In this document: positions 41,088-47,985 of the stretch, piece after piece
How positions within the stretch are numbered: position 1 is the first letter of the stretch
Layout: the number at the start of each line of letters is the position of its first letter
Source of the DNA: a virus
Reading direction: 5' to 3' (one strand)
IMG/VR virus record: IMGVR_UViG_3300027244_000003
Length of the DNA: 64,000 nt
The notes under the pieces: model-generated
Told to the model about the DNA's origin: nothing
The model's database searches: none
Seen by the model: the letters and a program-made list of their open reading frames with translations, nothing else
Made by a program: the position numbers and the translations under genes

Positions 41088-42113
41088 ATGATTCATAATT
41101 TTTTAATACATCGTCTCAAAGATGTAATTGATCTACCGAAATTTCAAAAATTCAAAGCAGATAACTTCGATGAAATCTTTCCATACTACATGGAGTTGGA
41201 GTTAGAAAATTGGTATAACAAAGACAATAATTTTATAAATGGAAACATGAGTGGTTTTCAGGATAGAACTAGAACACTACCACACTATCTTAAGATGACT
41301 GGTTGGGAACCACTCCCAGAAAAAGATAGCAGTTTTGATAAAACATTTAAGCAGATAACTCTAGAAACAGCCAAGTCAATTGTTGATCGTGCCAATGGCC
41401 AGCAGATTGCTATTTCTTGGAGTGGTGGGCTTGATAGTACTACAGTATTGTTTGCACTAATGCAGTATGCTGATCCAAAACAATTACACGTTTTCTGTAA
41501 CTGGTACTCTATCATTGAATCTGGATCTTTGTTTGATCGTTTCATTCGTGGTAGAGGAATTCGATATTCTTTAAATACATCAGTCACTAATCCAGAATTT
41601 GCAGAAGGATTAATTGTTACTGGTTATCTTGGTGACCAATTGTTTGGTAAACTTCAAACATTAGATTACGATCAGTGGAAACTGAATTGGAGAATTGGTA
41701 TGACAAACAAACAAGTAGAGTGTATGGAAAGTATGTTAGAGAACTACCCCAGTGCTCATCGTGTTCATAACAAGAAACATTTTTCTAGATTCATCGAGTT
41801 GAATTGTAAGTGGCAGATGGGTAAGACCAATCGTATGCGTAACATGCCAAAGGAAATTGCTTCTCGTATGATTAACTTTTATGAGACTGTGGACTATCAG
41901 AAATGGTCACTTGGTTCATATGAGGAATGGCACATAGATTCGAATCCACTGACATACAAATTACCACTAAGAAAGTTTCTAAGAGAGATGATGGAGACTG
42001 ATTACTACACTGCAAACAAAGTTGTCCAGACTTCTCACTATCATATTTTAGATCATAATTGGGTCATGCTTTTAGAGGATGGTACTAACTTACATGTAAA
42101 GGATTTTAAATGA
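41088..42113 (+). CDS. Adenine-nucleotide alpha-hydrolase (asparagine synthetase/QueC-like) ATP pyrophosphatase
   Basis: SWSGGLDST PP-loop, TG..GDQLFG, YK..LR. Confidence 0.7.
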   Translation: MIHNFLIHRLKDVIDLPKFQKFKADNFDEIFPYYMELELENWYNKDNNFINGNMSGFQDRTRTLPHYLKMTGWEPLPEKDSSFDKTFKQITLETAKSIVDRANGQQIAISWSGGLDSTTVLFALMQYADPKQLHVFCNWYSIIESGSLFDRFIRGRGIRYSLNTSVTNPEFAEGLIVTGYLGDQLFGKLQTLDYDQWKLNWRIGMTNKQVECMESMLENYPSAHRVHNKKHFSRFIELNCKWQMGKTNRMRNMPKEIASRMINFYETVDYQKWSLGSYEEWHIDSNPLTYKLPLRKFLREMMETDYYTANKVVQTSHYHILDHNWVMLLEDGTNLHVKDFK

Positions 42114-42196
42114 TAGAGAAGATTAAACAATTTTTTTTAGAGTTGAATGAACTTAGAAAAATATATGATTGTCCAACAAATACTGGATTAAATTGA

Positions 42197-42204
42197 TATA
42201 AATA
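42197..42204 (+). promoter_or_regulatory. T4-type late promoter
   Basis: TATAAATA upstream of the Bug gene. Confidence 0.7.
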
Positions 42205-42274
42205 AAGACAGAATCCCAGCGTGATGATACCCAGCGATTAGTCTAAAACACTAAACAAATTATAGAGGAAAAAT

Positions 42275-43246
42275 ATGAAGAAGATTTTAGTTACATTATT
42301 GCTGGCAGTTTCTGCATCTGCCTTTGCTCAGTGGCAACCAACAAAACCTATTGAAGCGATTATGGCATGGACTCCAGGAAGTGTCAATGAATTGTCATTC
42401 CGTATCTTAGCTAAACAGGTTGAGCAAAATACTGGTGCAAAATTTATTATTATGAATCGTGCTGGAGCAGGTGGTGTGATTGGTACAGAAGAGTTGAGTA
42501 AGAAACCAGCTGATGGATATTCAGTTACCAACGTATCAGTTCCAGGTATTGCAGCAATGGACAAAGTTCAAGTCCAAGGTAATGGTCGTAGTTATACTAC
42601 TGACAGTTTTGTTTACCCAACACACATTGCATCTAGTCCATTCGTGATTGCGTCACATCCAAATGATCCAGCCAAAACTCCGAAACAATTTTTAGATTCT
42701 TTAAAGAATGATAAGGTTTCCATTGCTGCGTCTGGTGGTGCACGTTTAGTCTATGAAGGTATCTCTGCTCGTGTTAAATTTCCAGAAGGTAAAGATGGAG
42801 TAGTTCGAGTTGACCACAAAGGTCCAGTCGATGCACTGGTAGATGTTGCTAGTGGTAATGTTCGTTATGCGATTGTTCCATCTCTAGTTGCAAATGCTCT
42901 TTACAAAGATGGGCGCATTAACATTATTGCTCTAAGTGCTCCACCTCCAATGCGTCAATTCCCAGGAATTCCATTGTTGGATACTGCTTTACCAAATTTC
43001 AACATCACAGGTATGTGGGCTCTTATGCTTCCAGCTGGAACTCCAAACGATGTAGTTGAATGGTATACCAGAGAGTTCACAAAGGCTATGAAGTCGGATG
43101 AAGCAAAGGCTATCTTCTATGATAATCTACTCTTAGAAAGAACAGACTTACAGAATCCTAAATCAATGGGAGAGTGGGTGAAGTCTCGTGAAAAACAGTG
43201 GCAACCTCTGGTTGATACAGTTTTAATCAAAAATAATCAAAAATAA
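42275..43246 (+). CDS. Bug/TctC tripartite tricarboxylate transporter substrate-binding protein
   Basis: Signal peptide, P.KPI..I..W.PG, NRAGAGG.IG, ADGY, HKG...A..DV..G, PAGTP. Confidence 0.85.
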   Translation: MKKILVTLLLAVSASAFAQWQPTKPIEAIMAWTPGSVNELSFRILAKQVEQNTGAKFIIMNRAGAGGVIGTEELSKKPADGYSVTNVSVPGIAAMDKVQVQGNGRSYTTDSFVYPTHIASSPFVIASHPNDPAKTPKQFLDSLKNDKVSIAASGGARLVYEGISARVKFPEGKDGVVRVDHKGPVDALVDVASGNVRYAIVPSLVANALYKDGRINIIALSAPPPMRQFPGIPLLDTALPNFNITGMWALMLPAGTPNDVVEWYTREFTKAMKSDEAKAIFYDNLLLERTDLQNPKSMGEWVKSREKQWQPLVDTVLIKNNQK

Positions 43247-43268
43247 TCAAACTCTAACTTAAAAAAGT

Positions 43269-43276
43269 TATAAATA
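43269..43276 (+). promoter_or_regulatory. T4-type late promoter
   Basis: TATAAATA upstream of the ferritin-like gene. Confidence 0.7.
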
Positions 43277-43342
43277 GAATCGTGTGATGTGCCAATTTTT
43301 GGATCACCGTTAACTTGTAAACAACTTAAAGGAATTACAAAA

Positions 43343-44122
43343 ATGACAGCTACTACAGTTAAACCAGCAAAAGAATTTTTAGACGATCTATGGGAATCTT
43401 TCATGCCCTTACATAAAGTTGCCGAGATCCAAACTCGTCAGTTCTTTGCAGAAAAAGGTAAAGATAAAGAAGCCCTAGAAAACTTCTTCCATATTCGTCT
43501 CTCTAACGAGCGCATGAACATGATTGAACTTTCTAAGAAAGTTTCTGAACTACCAGCCCTAACAGATCCAGAAGAGTGCCGTTTGCTTTCTAAGCAAGCA
43601 TGGGACGAAGCTGAGCACTTCCGTATTGTATACGAAGTTCTTGAGCATCTAACTGGTGAAAAGCCAAACCTAGAAAAAATCTGGGAAACTTATGGTAAAG
43701 TTGATGTCCGTATGGGCGCATCTTTGATCCAGAAGTATGAGGCTCATGGTAATCCAATCATGATGCACTTGTATCAGTACATGGCTGAAGGTCGTGCCTC
43801 TCACGTTTGGAACACAATGGCACAATGTGCTGGCGATGAGTTCATTCAGAAGCGTTATGATCGTGTTGCTCGTGACGAAAAGTTCCATAGCAATATCGGT
43901 CGTTTGATGCTTGAGAAAATTGTTACTACTCCAGAAGCACAAGCCGAATGTTTGTCTTTGGTTAAAGAAATGGTTTGGGATCTATTTGAGTGTTCATGCA
44001 CTTCATTGGGTGATTTCAAGACTGCTTCTCCAGAAGTTCAACAAATCATGGTAGAAGGATATGGTCAACCACATCGTGATCTATGTGTTGAGTTCAATGG
44101 TAAGGAAGCACTCGCTGCTTAA
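43343..44122 (+). CDS. Ferritin-like di-iron carboxylate protein
   Basis: NE...DEAEH...AEG...DEKFH: paired E/ExxH ligands. Confidence 0.75.
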   Translation: MTATTVKPAKEFLDDLWESFMPLHKVAEIQTRQFFAEKGKDKEALENFFHIRLSNERMNMIELSKKVSELPALTDPEECRLLSKQAWDEAEHFRIVYEVLEHLTGEKPNLEKIWETYGKVDVRMGASLIQKYEAHGNPIMMHLYQYMAEGRASHVWNTMAQCAGDEFIQKRYDRVARDEKFHSNIGRLMLEKIVTTPEAQAECLSLVKEMVWDLFECSCTSLGDFKTASPEVQQIMVEGYGQPHRDLCVEFNGKEALAA

Positions 44123-44138
44123 TTAACCTTTCTTTGTT

Positions 44139-44702
44139 ATGAGAATTTTGATCTCAATGAGGGATTTTCGGATCCCTCCTAATAATTTTTTATTCGATTG
44201 CCTAGAAAGAAGCTGGTATTCTTTCCTAGGCAATCATCATTTAATCCCCCATGCAAATACAAGAACAGTTGATGAAACTATCGACTTTGATTGTTTAGTG
44301 TTGTCTGGTGGATCTGATAGTGTAGCAAGAAATGTTACAGAGAATCTTTTATTTCTCCATGCAATCAAACGCAAGAAACCTATCCTTGGTATATGCCATG
44401 GAGCATTTGTTGTCAATGAGTTGAGTGGTGGAAAAAATCAGATTGATTGGAACAATGTACCAACGCATGAGAACAGTGAACATGAAGTAACAATGGATGG
44501 CAAGAAAGTTCTTGTCAATAGTTATCATGGACAGACCATCACACAACTTGGTCCACAAATGATTCCACTTGCCATACATGAACCAGACAAAACAATCGAA
44601 GCATTCAAACATCAAGCACTGCCAATTTATGGCATTGTGTGGCATCCAGAGAGAATGGATGTACCAGTCCTACCAGAAGAAGTTGCAATTCTTTTAAAAT
44701 AA
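44139..44702 (+). CDS. Class I glutamine amidotransferase (peptidase C26/PuuD-like)
   Basis: LSGG, LGICHG, VNSYH, WHPE. Confidence 0.85.
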   Translation: MRILISMRDFRIPPNNFLFDCLERSWYSFLGNHHLIPHANTRTVDETIDFDCLVLSGGSDSVARNVTENLLFLHAIKRKKPILGICHGAFVVNELSGGKNQIDWNNVPTHENSEHEVTMDGKKVLVNSYHGQTITQLGPQMIPLAIHEPDKTIEAFKHQALPIYGIVWHPERMDVPVLPEEVAILLK

Positions 44703-44705
44703 TTG

Positions 44706-44834
44706 TTGACTTTCATCAAATAGTACTGTATAATAGGTGCTGTAGTGATGAAAAACTCCTATATAAATAATAACCCTACGAAATGTAAGGTTGTTAAAAG
44801 TAAGTTTGACTTTAATCCGAAAGAAGAATATAAT
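44706..44834 (+). promoter_or_regulatory. Promoter cluster for the tRNA array
   Basis: TTGACT-17-TATAAT (44706-34); late TATAAATA (44762-69); palindrome AACCCTAC-N5-GTAAGGTT (44772-92); TTGACT-17-TATAAT (44806-34). Confidence 0.8.
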
Positions 44835-44840
44835 TCTACC

Positions 44841-44966
44841 ATGAACTCGAAAATGATATCCTCGTTAAGCAGAAAGCATCTACCGCTAGTTAATAGTGGT
44901 TGGACATGCTCACGCCCACAGTATACATTTGCGATTGAGTTGGACAGTGGGGTTTTTGGAAAGTAA
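44841..44966 (+). CDS. Putative attenuator leader peptide MNSKMISSLSRKHLPLVNSGWTCSRPQYTFAIELDSGVFGK
   Basis: ATG 6 nt after the -10 box (predicted +1, leaderless); all 20 amino acids in 41 codons; stop lies inside the antiterminator arm. Confidence 0.65.
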   Translation: MNSKMISSLSRKHLPLVNSGWTCSRPQYTFAIELDSGVFGK

Positions 44967-45030
44967 AGTAAACAGACAAAGTTTATTTCCCAAAACCCTC
45001 TACCTGAAAAGTTAGAGGGTTTTTTGTTTT
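44949..45030 (+). terminator. Mutually exclusive antiterminator/terminator pair
   Basis: Terminator AAAACCCTCTA (44992-45002) / TAGAGGGTTTT (45013-23) plus T-tract; antiterminator GGGGTTTTTGGAAAGTAAA (44949-67) pairs with TTTATTTCCCAAAACCCT (44982-99). Confidence 0.75.
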
Positions 45031-45071
45031 AGGGGTTGACGATAGTGTCAACATGAGATAAGATCTCGCCC

Positions 45072-45087
45072 TGTTCTTTAAAAATTT
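45072..45087 (+). promoter_or_regulatory. rrn-type boxA antitermination element
   Basis: TGTTCTTTAAAAATTT versus rrn boxA TGCTCTTTAACAATTT; hairpins upstream, first tRNA 13 nt downstream. Confidence 0.6.
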
Positions 45088-45100
45088 GCGTACCAAATGT

Positions 45101-45174
45101 TCCCGAGTGGTGTAGTGGTAGCACAGCAGACTTTGACTCTGCTAGTATAAGTTCGATTCTTATTTCGGGTGCCA
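45101..45174 (+). tRNA. tRNA-Gln(TTG)
   Basis: Cloverleaf, GCAGA-CTTTGAC-TCTGC, CCA. Confidence 0.9.
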
Positions 45175-45266
45175 AACAAAAACACATTGATCATCTAATT
45201 GGTCAGGATGGTGTTCGTAAGGCATTAAATGTAGGTTCGAATCCTACTCAATGTGTTTTTGTTTGG
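45172..45266 (+). ncRNA. tRNA-like element with a 19-bp extended acceptor helix and no CCA
   Basis: D arm and T arm GTAGG-TTCGAAT-CCTAC; weak anticodon arm with loop TCGTAAG; perfect 19-bp terminal inverted repeat. Confidence 0.6.
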
Positions 45267-45275
45267 TAAGTTTTT

Positions 45276-45349
45276 GGGGGTATAACTTAGTGGTAAAGTA
45301 GTAGGCTTTTAACCTATTAACCAGAGTTCAATTCTCTGTGCCCCTACCA
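45276..45349 (+). tRNA. tRNA-Lys(TTT)
   Basis: GTAGG-CTTTTAA-CCTAT, CCA. Confidence 0.9.
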
Positions 45350-45354
45350 ATTAT

Positions 45355-45429
45355 GGTGTCGTTAGTTTAGTGGTAAAACTACGGGTTGTGATTCCGTCAT
45401 CATGAGTTCAATTCTCATACGATACCCCA
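45355..45429 (+). tRNA. tRNA-His(GTG)
   Basis: ACGGG-TTGTGAT-TCCGT, G-1/C73, CCA. Confidence 0.9.
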
Positions 45430-45437
45430 ATTTTTAT

Positions 45438-45513
45438 GCCGAGATAGCTCAGTTGGTAGAGCACTTGTTTGAAGCACAAGGTGTGGGCGGTTCGATCCCG
45501 TCTCTCGGTACCA
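45438..45513 (+). tRNA. tRNA-Phe(GAA)
   Basis: CTTGT-TTGAAGC-ACAAG, CCA. Confidence 0.9.
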
Positions 45514-45518
45514 GTTAT

Positions 45519-45593
45519 TCCCGATTAGCTCAGAGGTAGAGCAATCGCTTGATAAGCGATAGGCGAGTGGATCGTTACCACTATCGGGAACCA
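45519..45593 (+). tRNA. tRNA-Ile(GAT)
   Basis: ATCGC-TTGATAA-GCGAT; atypical T loop ATCGTTA; CCA. Confidence 0.85.
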
Positions 45594-45599
45594 AGTTTC

Positions 45600-45673
45600 G
45601 CCCTATTAGTATAATGGCATTACACCTGTTTTGTAATCAGGTTACGGCAGTTCGATTCTGTCATGGGGCACCA
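45600..45673 (+). tRNA. tRNA-Thr(TGT)
   Basis: CCTGT-TTTGTAA-TCAGG, CCA. Confidence 0.9.
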
Positions 45674-45681
45674 AGTTTTTA

Positions 45682-45755
45682 CTCCGATTGGTGAAATGGT
45701 ATCACTCATGGTTTGGGACCATGGAGCGCAAGTTCGATTCTTGCATCGGAGACCA
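45682..45755 (+). tRNA. tRNA-Pro(TGG)
   Basis: CATGG-TTTGGGA-CCATG, CCA. Confidence 0.9.
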
Positions 45756-45762
45756 AAGTTTT

Positions 45763-45837
45763 GCATCGTTAGCTCAGTGGTAGAGCGTCTCGTTTACACC
45801 GAGAGGGTCGGCAGTTCGAAACTGTCACGATGTACCA
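45763..45837 (+). tRNA. tRNA-Val(TAC)
   Basis: TCTCG-TTTACAC-CGAGA, CCA. Confidence 0.9.
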
Positions 45838-45843
45838 AGTTAA

Positions 45844-45935
45844 GGAAGATAATGCAGCGGGGTTGGTCCTGCGACCAGCCTTGAAAACTGGGTTCTGAGA
45901 AATCGGATGGGGTTCGACTCCTCTGTCTTCCGCCA
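45844..45935 (+). tRNA. tRNA-Ser(TGA)
   Basis: Loop CTTGAAA, long variable arm, GCCA. Confidence 0.85.
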
Positions 45936-45941
45936 GATTAT

Positions 45942-46016
45942 GCGTCTTTAGTAAAATGAATATTACACATCGCTACGAACGATGAAGTGGGAGTTTGATT
46001 CTCTCAGGACGCACCA
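45942..46016 (+). tRNA. tRNA-Arg(ACG)
   Basis: CATCG-CTACGAA-CGATG, CCA. Confidence 0.85.
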
Positions 46017-46023
46017 AGAGTTA

Positions 46024-46113
46024 GGAAGATGGGCAGGACGGTAATGCAGCAGTTTGCTAAACTGTAGATTATAGGAATATGGTCACAGGGTTCGACTCCC
46101 TGATCTTCCACCA
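46024..46113 (+). tRNA. tRNA-Ser(GCT)
   Basis: GCAGT-TTGCTAA-ACTGT, long variable arm, CCA. Confidence 0.85.
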
Positions 46114-46119
46114 GAGTTT

Positions 46120-46196
46120 GCGGATATGATGGAATTGGTATACATATCAGACTTAAAATCTGAGTTCTCCGAGTTCGACTCTCGGTATCCGCACCA
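46120..46196 (+). tRNA. tRNA-Leu(TAA)
   Basis: TCAGA-CTTAAAA-TCTGA; short variable region; CCA. Confidence 0.85.
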
Positions 46197-46203
46197 AGTT
46201 TAT

Positions 46204-46278
46204 ACGGCATTAGTATAATGGATAATACAGTAGGCTTCTACCCTACGAATGTGGGTTCGATTCCTGCATGCCGTACCA
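46204..46278 (+). tRNA. tRNA-Arg(TCT)
   Basis: GTAGG-CTTCTAC-CCTAC, CCA. Confidence 0.9.
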
Positions 46279-46284
46279 GAGTTT

Positions 46285-46359
46285 GGGCAGGTAGCTTAAT
46301 GGTAAAGCAGTGAACTCATAATTCATTGAGTCTGTGTTCAATTCACAGTCTGCCCACCA
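46285..46359 (+). tRNA. tRNA-CAT (probably Ile2, possibly Met)
   Basis: GTGAA-CTCATAA-TTCAT; GGGC acceptor; CCA. Confidence 0.8.
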
Positions 46360-46362
46360 AGT

Positions 46363-46467
46363 TTTGTAGTCATAGCCTGGAGCTAGGGTAAGGGGTGTTG
46401 CGGAACCACAGCGTGGCGTTAAATATCGAGGCGCAACTTAATCAGATTGTGTTCGACCTGCTACAAA
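46363..46467 (+). ncRNA. Unassigned structured RNA
   Basis: Terminal stem TTTGTAGT/GCTACAAA, GC-rich interior, no ORF. Confidence 0.4.
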
Positions 46468-46475
46468 TTCATTAT

Positions 46476-46553
46476 GCCCCGATGGACAAATTGGCAAAGT
46501 CGTCTCTCTCAAAAGGAGAAATGTTGTGAGTTCAAATCTCACTCGGGGTACCA
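46476..46553 (+). tRNA. tRNA-Leu(CAA)
   Basis: TCTCT-CTCAAAA-GGAGA; short variable region; CCA. Confidence 0.85.
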
Positions 46554-46559
46554 AGTTAT

Positions 46560-46633
46560 GTAGGTGGAGCCAGTTGGACAGGCACTGGATTGCAAACCCA
46601 TGGAAGTGAGTTCGATTCTCACCATCTACTCCA
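46560..46633 (+). tRNA. tRNA-Cys(GCA)
   Basis: Loop TTGCAAA, U73, CCA; weak anticodon stem. Confidence 0.8.
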
Positions 46634-46659
46634 AAGTTGCAAGTTAGTTAAAATACTTG

Positions 46660-46688
46660 TTGACACCAATGCCTAGATGGTGTATAAT
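46660..46688 (+). promoter_or_regulatory. Consensus sigma70 promoter inside the tRNA array
   Basis: TTGACA-17-TATAAT. Confidence 0.8.
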
Positions 46689-46835
46689 ATAGTCTAGTTG
46701 GTTAGGAATTCAAAAGTCCCTTCTGAGTCTTTGTTGCGAAACAAAGCGTAGGGCAAAGTGGTCTGAATGTTGCAACTCGCTTACATTCTCCCACTCAGTG
46801 CTTTGATAGTTTCCACTTCAAGAAACTATCACCAT

Positions 46836-46910
46836 GCTCGGTTCGTCTATCGGTTAGGACACTGCCCTTTCACGGCAGGAAGAGGGGTTCGATTCCCCTA
46901 CCGAGTACCA
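46836..46910 (+). tRNA. tRNA-Glu(TTC)
   Basis: CTGCC-CTTTCAC-GGCAG, CCA. Confidence 0.9.
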
Positions 46911-46911
46911 G

Positions 46912-47132
46912 ATTTAATTGTATTGGGTTGCCAATACCAGTAGGTGATTTATGCAGAGAACTAAATCCTAGTGACGGCTAGGCTCTGCTGAGTTACACGA
47001 AACCTTGAGATCATATCAGGAGGACGCTGGATAAAGTTGGAACGTAATGTGGTTGACAAACAAGTCCATGGACGGCATGGTAGGGCAGGTTCAAAACTGT
47101 TATTTTTGTCAAACATCCCAGTATAATTAAAT
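46912..47132 (+). ncRNA. Unassigned structured RNA (~220 nt)
   Basis: 16-bp terminal helix ATTTAATTGTATTGGG/CCCAGTATAATTAAAT with G-U pairs; internal hairpins. Confidence 0.55.
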
Positions 47133-47133
47133 G

Positions 47134-47288
47134 TGGTATTAGTTTAGTATTATCAAGGTATCGTGTATGGACGCATGCACTACTCGACAGTTAGGGTGCG
47201 ACTGACACTGTCTGATATAACTGCCACTCGCTCGCCAGAGGAAGCACCTTTATTGGCAAATGGGCACGATAATACTAAACTAATATCA
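47134..47288 (+). ncRNA. Unassigned structured RNA (~155 nt)
   Basis: 21-bp terminal helix TGGTATTAGTTTAGTATTATC/GATAATACTAAACTAATATCA. Confidence 0.55.
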
Positions 47289-47289
47289 T

Positions 47290-47382
47290 GGAGCAATTGA
47301 TGCTATGGCGTGTGCATCCTCAGACTGTAAATCTGATCCCTCTGGGTAAACAATCTTGGTTCGACTCCAAGTTGCTCCACCA
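47290..47382 (+). tRNA. tRNA-Tyr(GTA)
   Basis: TCAGA-CTGTAAA-TCTGA, long variable arm, CCA. Confidence 0.85.
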
Positions 47383-47581
47383 GTTCTCGTTACTACTTTC
47401 GTTAAAGTAGCGTTTGACTAGCGATAGAGGTTCGGTGGCAGAAAACCGTAAGCGAGGTGAAAACCCTCAGACTCTGATAGGCAGAATCTCAACTGCACAC
47501 AGACTAAAGAATAAATGGAGATGGACAGAGTAACTGCTCGATTAGGGGCTGGGTTGGAAACCAGTAGCCTATACTTATTTT

Positions 47582-47656
47582 GGCTCGTTCGTATAATGGT
47601 CATTACGTCGGATTGTCTATCCGATCACGGGAGTTCGATTCTCCCACGAGTCGCCA
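47582..47656 (+). tRNA. tRNA-Asp(GTC)
   Basis: TCGGA-TTGTCTA-TCCGA, GCCA. Confidence 0.9.
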
Positions 47657-47747
47657 GTTTTGTGGTAAGGAAAGTAAAAGGAGAATGGGCAACGAATAGG
47701 GGTTTGAACCCTGAGTAGTAGATACCTCACCTGCCACAAATTAGTTT

Positions 47748-47863
47748 TGTAAATGCTGTTTACAGCAACCGAGTTACAAGTTTAGAGTTGAGGCTCTAAT
47801 ATCGAAAGATAATTAGTTCACTAATACCGTGTTACAAGTGAAGGGTTGAGGCTCTTCTTTACA
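47748..47863 (+). ncRNA. Structured RNA with two covarying repeat modules
   Basis: ACCGNGTTACAAGT-[6-bp stem, TTGAGG loop] twice, at 47768-99 and 47826-57. Confidence 0.55.
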
Positions 47864-47875
47864 TATTTTTATTAT

Positions 47876-47950
47876 TCCAGTGTAGCACAGCGGTAGTGCA
47901 GTTGACTGTTAATCAATTGGTCGTAGGTTCGATCCCTGCCACTGGAGCCA
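47876..47950 (+). tRNA. tRNA-Asn(GTT)
   Basis: GTTGA-CTGTTAA-TCAAT, GCCA. Confidence 0.9.
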
Positions 47951-47985
47951 GTTTTTGTTGTTTGTTATTATTTGAAAGGTTTGAT

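Noticed and set aside
43225-43251. AATCAAAAAT tandem repeat at the end of the Bug gene
   Set aside because: Short low-complexity duplication around the stop codon with no evident function.
44745-44840. 73-aa version of the leader ORF starting at 44745/44748
   Set aside because: It is in frame, but the extension runs through the late promoter, palindrome and second sigma70 promoter. ATG 44841 at the predicted +1 is preferred, though the longer form from the upstream promoter cannot be excluded.
45172-45266. Y RNA (YrlA) or tmRNA identity for the tRNA-like element
   Set aside because: Arm order is that of an ordinary tRNA, with no Ro60 gene in the window, no tag reading frame and no CCA end.
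47768-47857. Twister ribozyme or mini-CRISPR reading of the GTTACAAG repeat
   Set aside because: Only two units, no cas genes, and I could not build the twister pseudoknots by eye. An Infernal search is needed to exclude it formally.
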